Below are positions 63,335 to 64,000 of a stretch of DNA of 64,000 nt, piece by piece; position 1 is the stretch's first letter, and the number at the start of each line of letters is the position of its first letter. The stretch is taken from contig JACPEP010000008.1 of assembly GCA_016183425.1 (NCBI GenBank), forward strand, positions 21,048 to 85,047, given 5' to 3'. The stretch comes from Chloroflexota bacterium (GTDB lineage: Bacteria > Chloroflexota > Dehalococcoidia > JACPEP01). The notes beneath the pieces were generated by a model. That model was given only the letters and a program-made list of their open reading frames with translations. It was not told the origin of the DNA and did no database searches. The translations under genes were made by a program, and so were the position numbers.

Positions 63335-64000
63335 CTAGTGGTGAGCCGCCGGAACCCCCCGTCTCAAGAAGGGCGGGATGTCCAGGTCATCGTCGCTGTC
63401 CAGGGCGGGCATCTTGAACTGCCGCCCCTTGCCATCCCCCACCAGGGAGTCGCGCTTGCCAAATCCGGTGGCGATGACTGTTATCTTTACCTCATCCTCC
63501 ATCTTAGAGTCGATGACCACCCCAAAGATGATGTTGGCATCCGGAGCCGCTGCTTTGGCTATAATCTCCGCCGCCTCGTTGACCTCCAGCAGGGAAAGGT
63601 CGTTGCCGCCGGTGACGTTGAACAAGACCCCCTTGGCCCCCTCTATGGACACGTCCAAAAGAGGGCTGGCGATGGCAGCCCGGGCGGCGTCGGCCGCCCT
63701 AGCCTCCCCATTTCCCCGCCCAATGGCCATAAGGGCCGGTCCCGCCTCACTCATGATAGACTTCACATCGTTGAAGTCCAGGTTGATCTCCCCAGGAACA
63801 GTGATGAGCTCTGAAATACCTTGAATCCCCTGGCGTAGCACATCGTCGGCCATGCGAAAAGCGGCTGCCACCGAGACCTGCTTGTCACAAAGGGCCAAGA
63901 GGCGGTCATTGGGAATGACGATGAGGGTATCCACCTTTTCCTTGAGGCGAGCCACCCCCTCTTCCGCCACCATGCGCCTCTTGGTGCCTTCGAAGGAGAA
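63335..64000 (-). CDS. ftsZ: Cell-division GTPase FtsZ, C-terminal two-thirds; the N-terminus lies beyond the window end
   Basis: ...[10 protein letters not shown]... , ...[31 protein letters not shown]... , ...ATGFG... and a C-terminal DIPPFLRR peptide are FtsZ hallmarks. Confidence 0.85.
   Translation of the reverse strand, partial: FSFEGTKRRMVAEEGVARLKEKVDTLIVIPNDRLLALCDKQVSVAAAFRMADDVLRQGIQGISELITVPGEINLDFNDVKSIMSEAGPALMAIGRGNGEARAADAARAAIASPLLDVSIEGAKGVLFNVTGGNDLSLLEVNEAAEIIAKAAAPDANIIFGVVIDSKMEDEVKITVIATGFGKRDSLVGDGKGRQFKMPALDSDDDLDIPPFLRRGVPAAHH

Noticed and set aside
1-64000. CRISPR arrays, rRNA genes, complete insertion sequences with a transposase
   Set aside because: No regularly spaced short repeats, no rRNA-like conserved stretches and no transposase ORFs were seen. 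The only mobility genes are the two decayed tyrosine integrases.

Overview
High-GC (~62-65%) bacterial chromosomal window, with genes mostly on the minus strand in the first 32 kb. I cannot assign a taxon from sequence alone. Contents in order: (1) 1-6.7 kb, an accessory block lying between a ubiD-like gene (5' end only, at the window start) and a coxL-like gene. It holds a 973-aa type IIG (MmeI/Eco57I-like) restriction-modification fusion enzyme, an orphan alternative C-terminal/TRD fragment, and three small toxin-antitoxin (TA) cassettes (hicBA x2, DUF433/DUF5615). Each cassette is separated by a direct-repeat copy of the last ~150 bp of the RM gene plus a conserved stop-linker-RBS. The block is bracketed by a ~68-bp inverted-repeat pair. 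(2) 6.7-23.7 kb, a co-directional metabolic cluster: Mo-hydroxylase large subunit, UbiD decarboxylase, DRE-TIM lyase/synthase, CitE/HpcH-like acyl-CoA lyase, family-III CoA transferase, SucD/SucC-like CoA ligase, class-I Fe-S fumarase alpha/beta, amidohydrolase, FrdB/FrdA-like, class-II aldolase. An XRE-HTH/ImmA-peptidase gene plus a frameshifted PIN gene is inserted within it. (3) 23.9-30.3 kb, a putative NO-stress module (DUF488, hemerythrin, DUF2249, DUF1858-NnrS fusion, Crp/Fnr regulator) and a NarL-type two-component system. (4) MBL hydrolase, BioY, FabH, then a plus-strand heptose/glycan cluster (GT9 heptosyltransferase, GmhA, deoxyhypusine-synthase-like protein, HldE-type heptose kinase, polyprenyl-phosphate sugar transferase). 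(5) CaiB-like CoA transferase, MnmG, YqeK-like HD hydrolase, three cupins with a Tat-lipoprotein ABC substrate-binding protein, GT-C membrane glycosyltransferase, TldD/PmbA, HEAT protein. (6) ~52.3-61.3 kb, a lower-GC genomic island adjacent to tRNA-Arg(CCT). It contains five TA pairs/remnants (BrnTA, VapBC, Phd-PIN, antitoxin-PIN), a decayed tyrosine integrase next to the tRNA, a second integrase carrying in-frame stop codons, and an ~800-aa protein with two tandem nucleoside-2-deoxyribosyltransferase/TIR-like domains fused to a P-loop NTPase. I consider this protein a candidate undescribed single-gene defence system. (7) a TPP enzyme and the 3' part of ftsZ. A recurring theme is toxin/integrase inactivation by single in-frame stops or frameshifts while antitoxins stay intact. 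A second theme is a family of GC-rich intergenic hairpin repeats. No CRISPR array or rRNA was seen.
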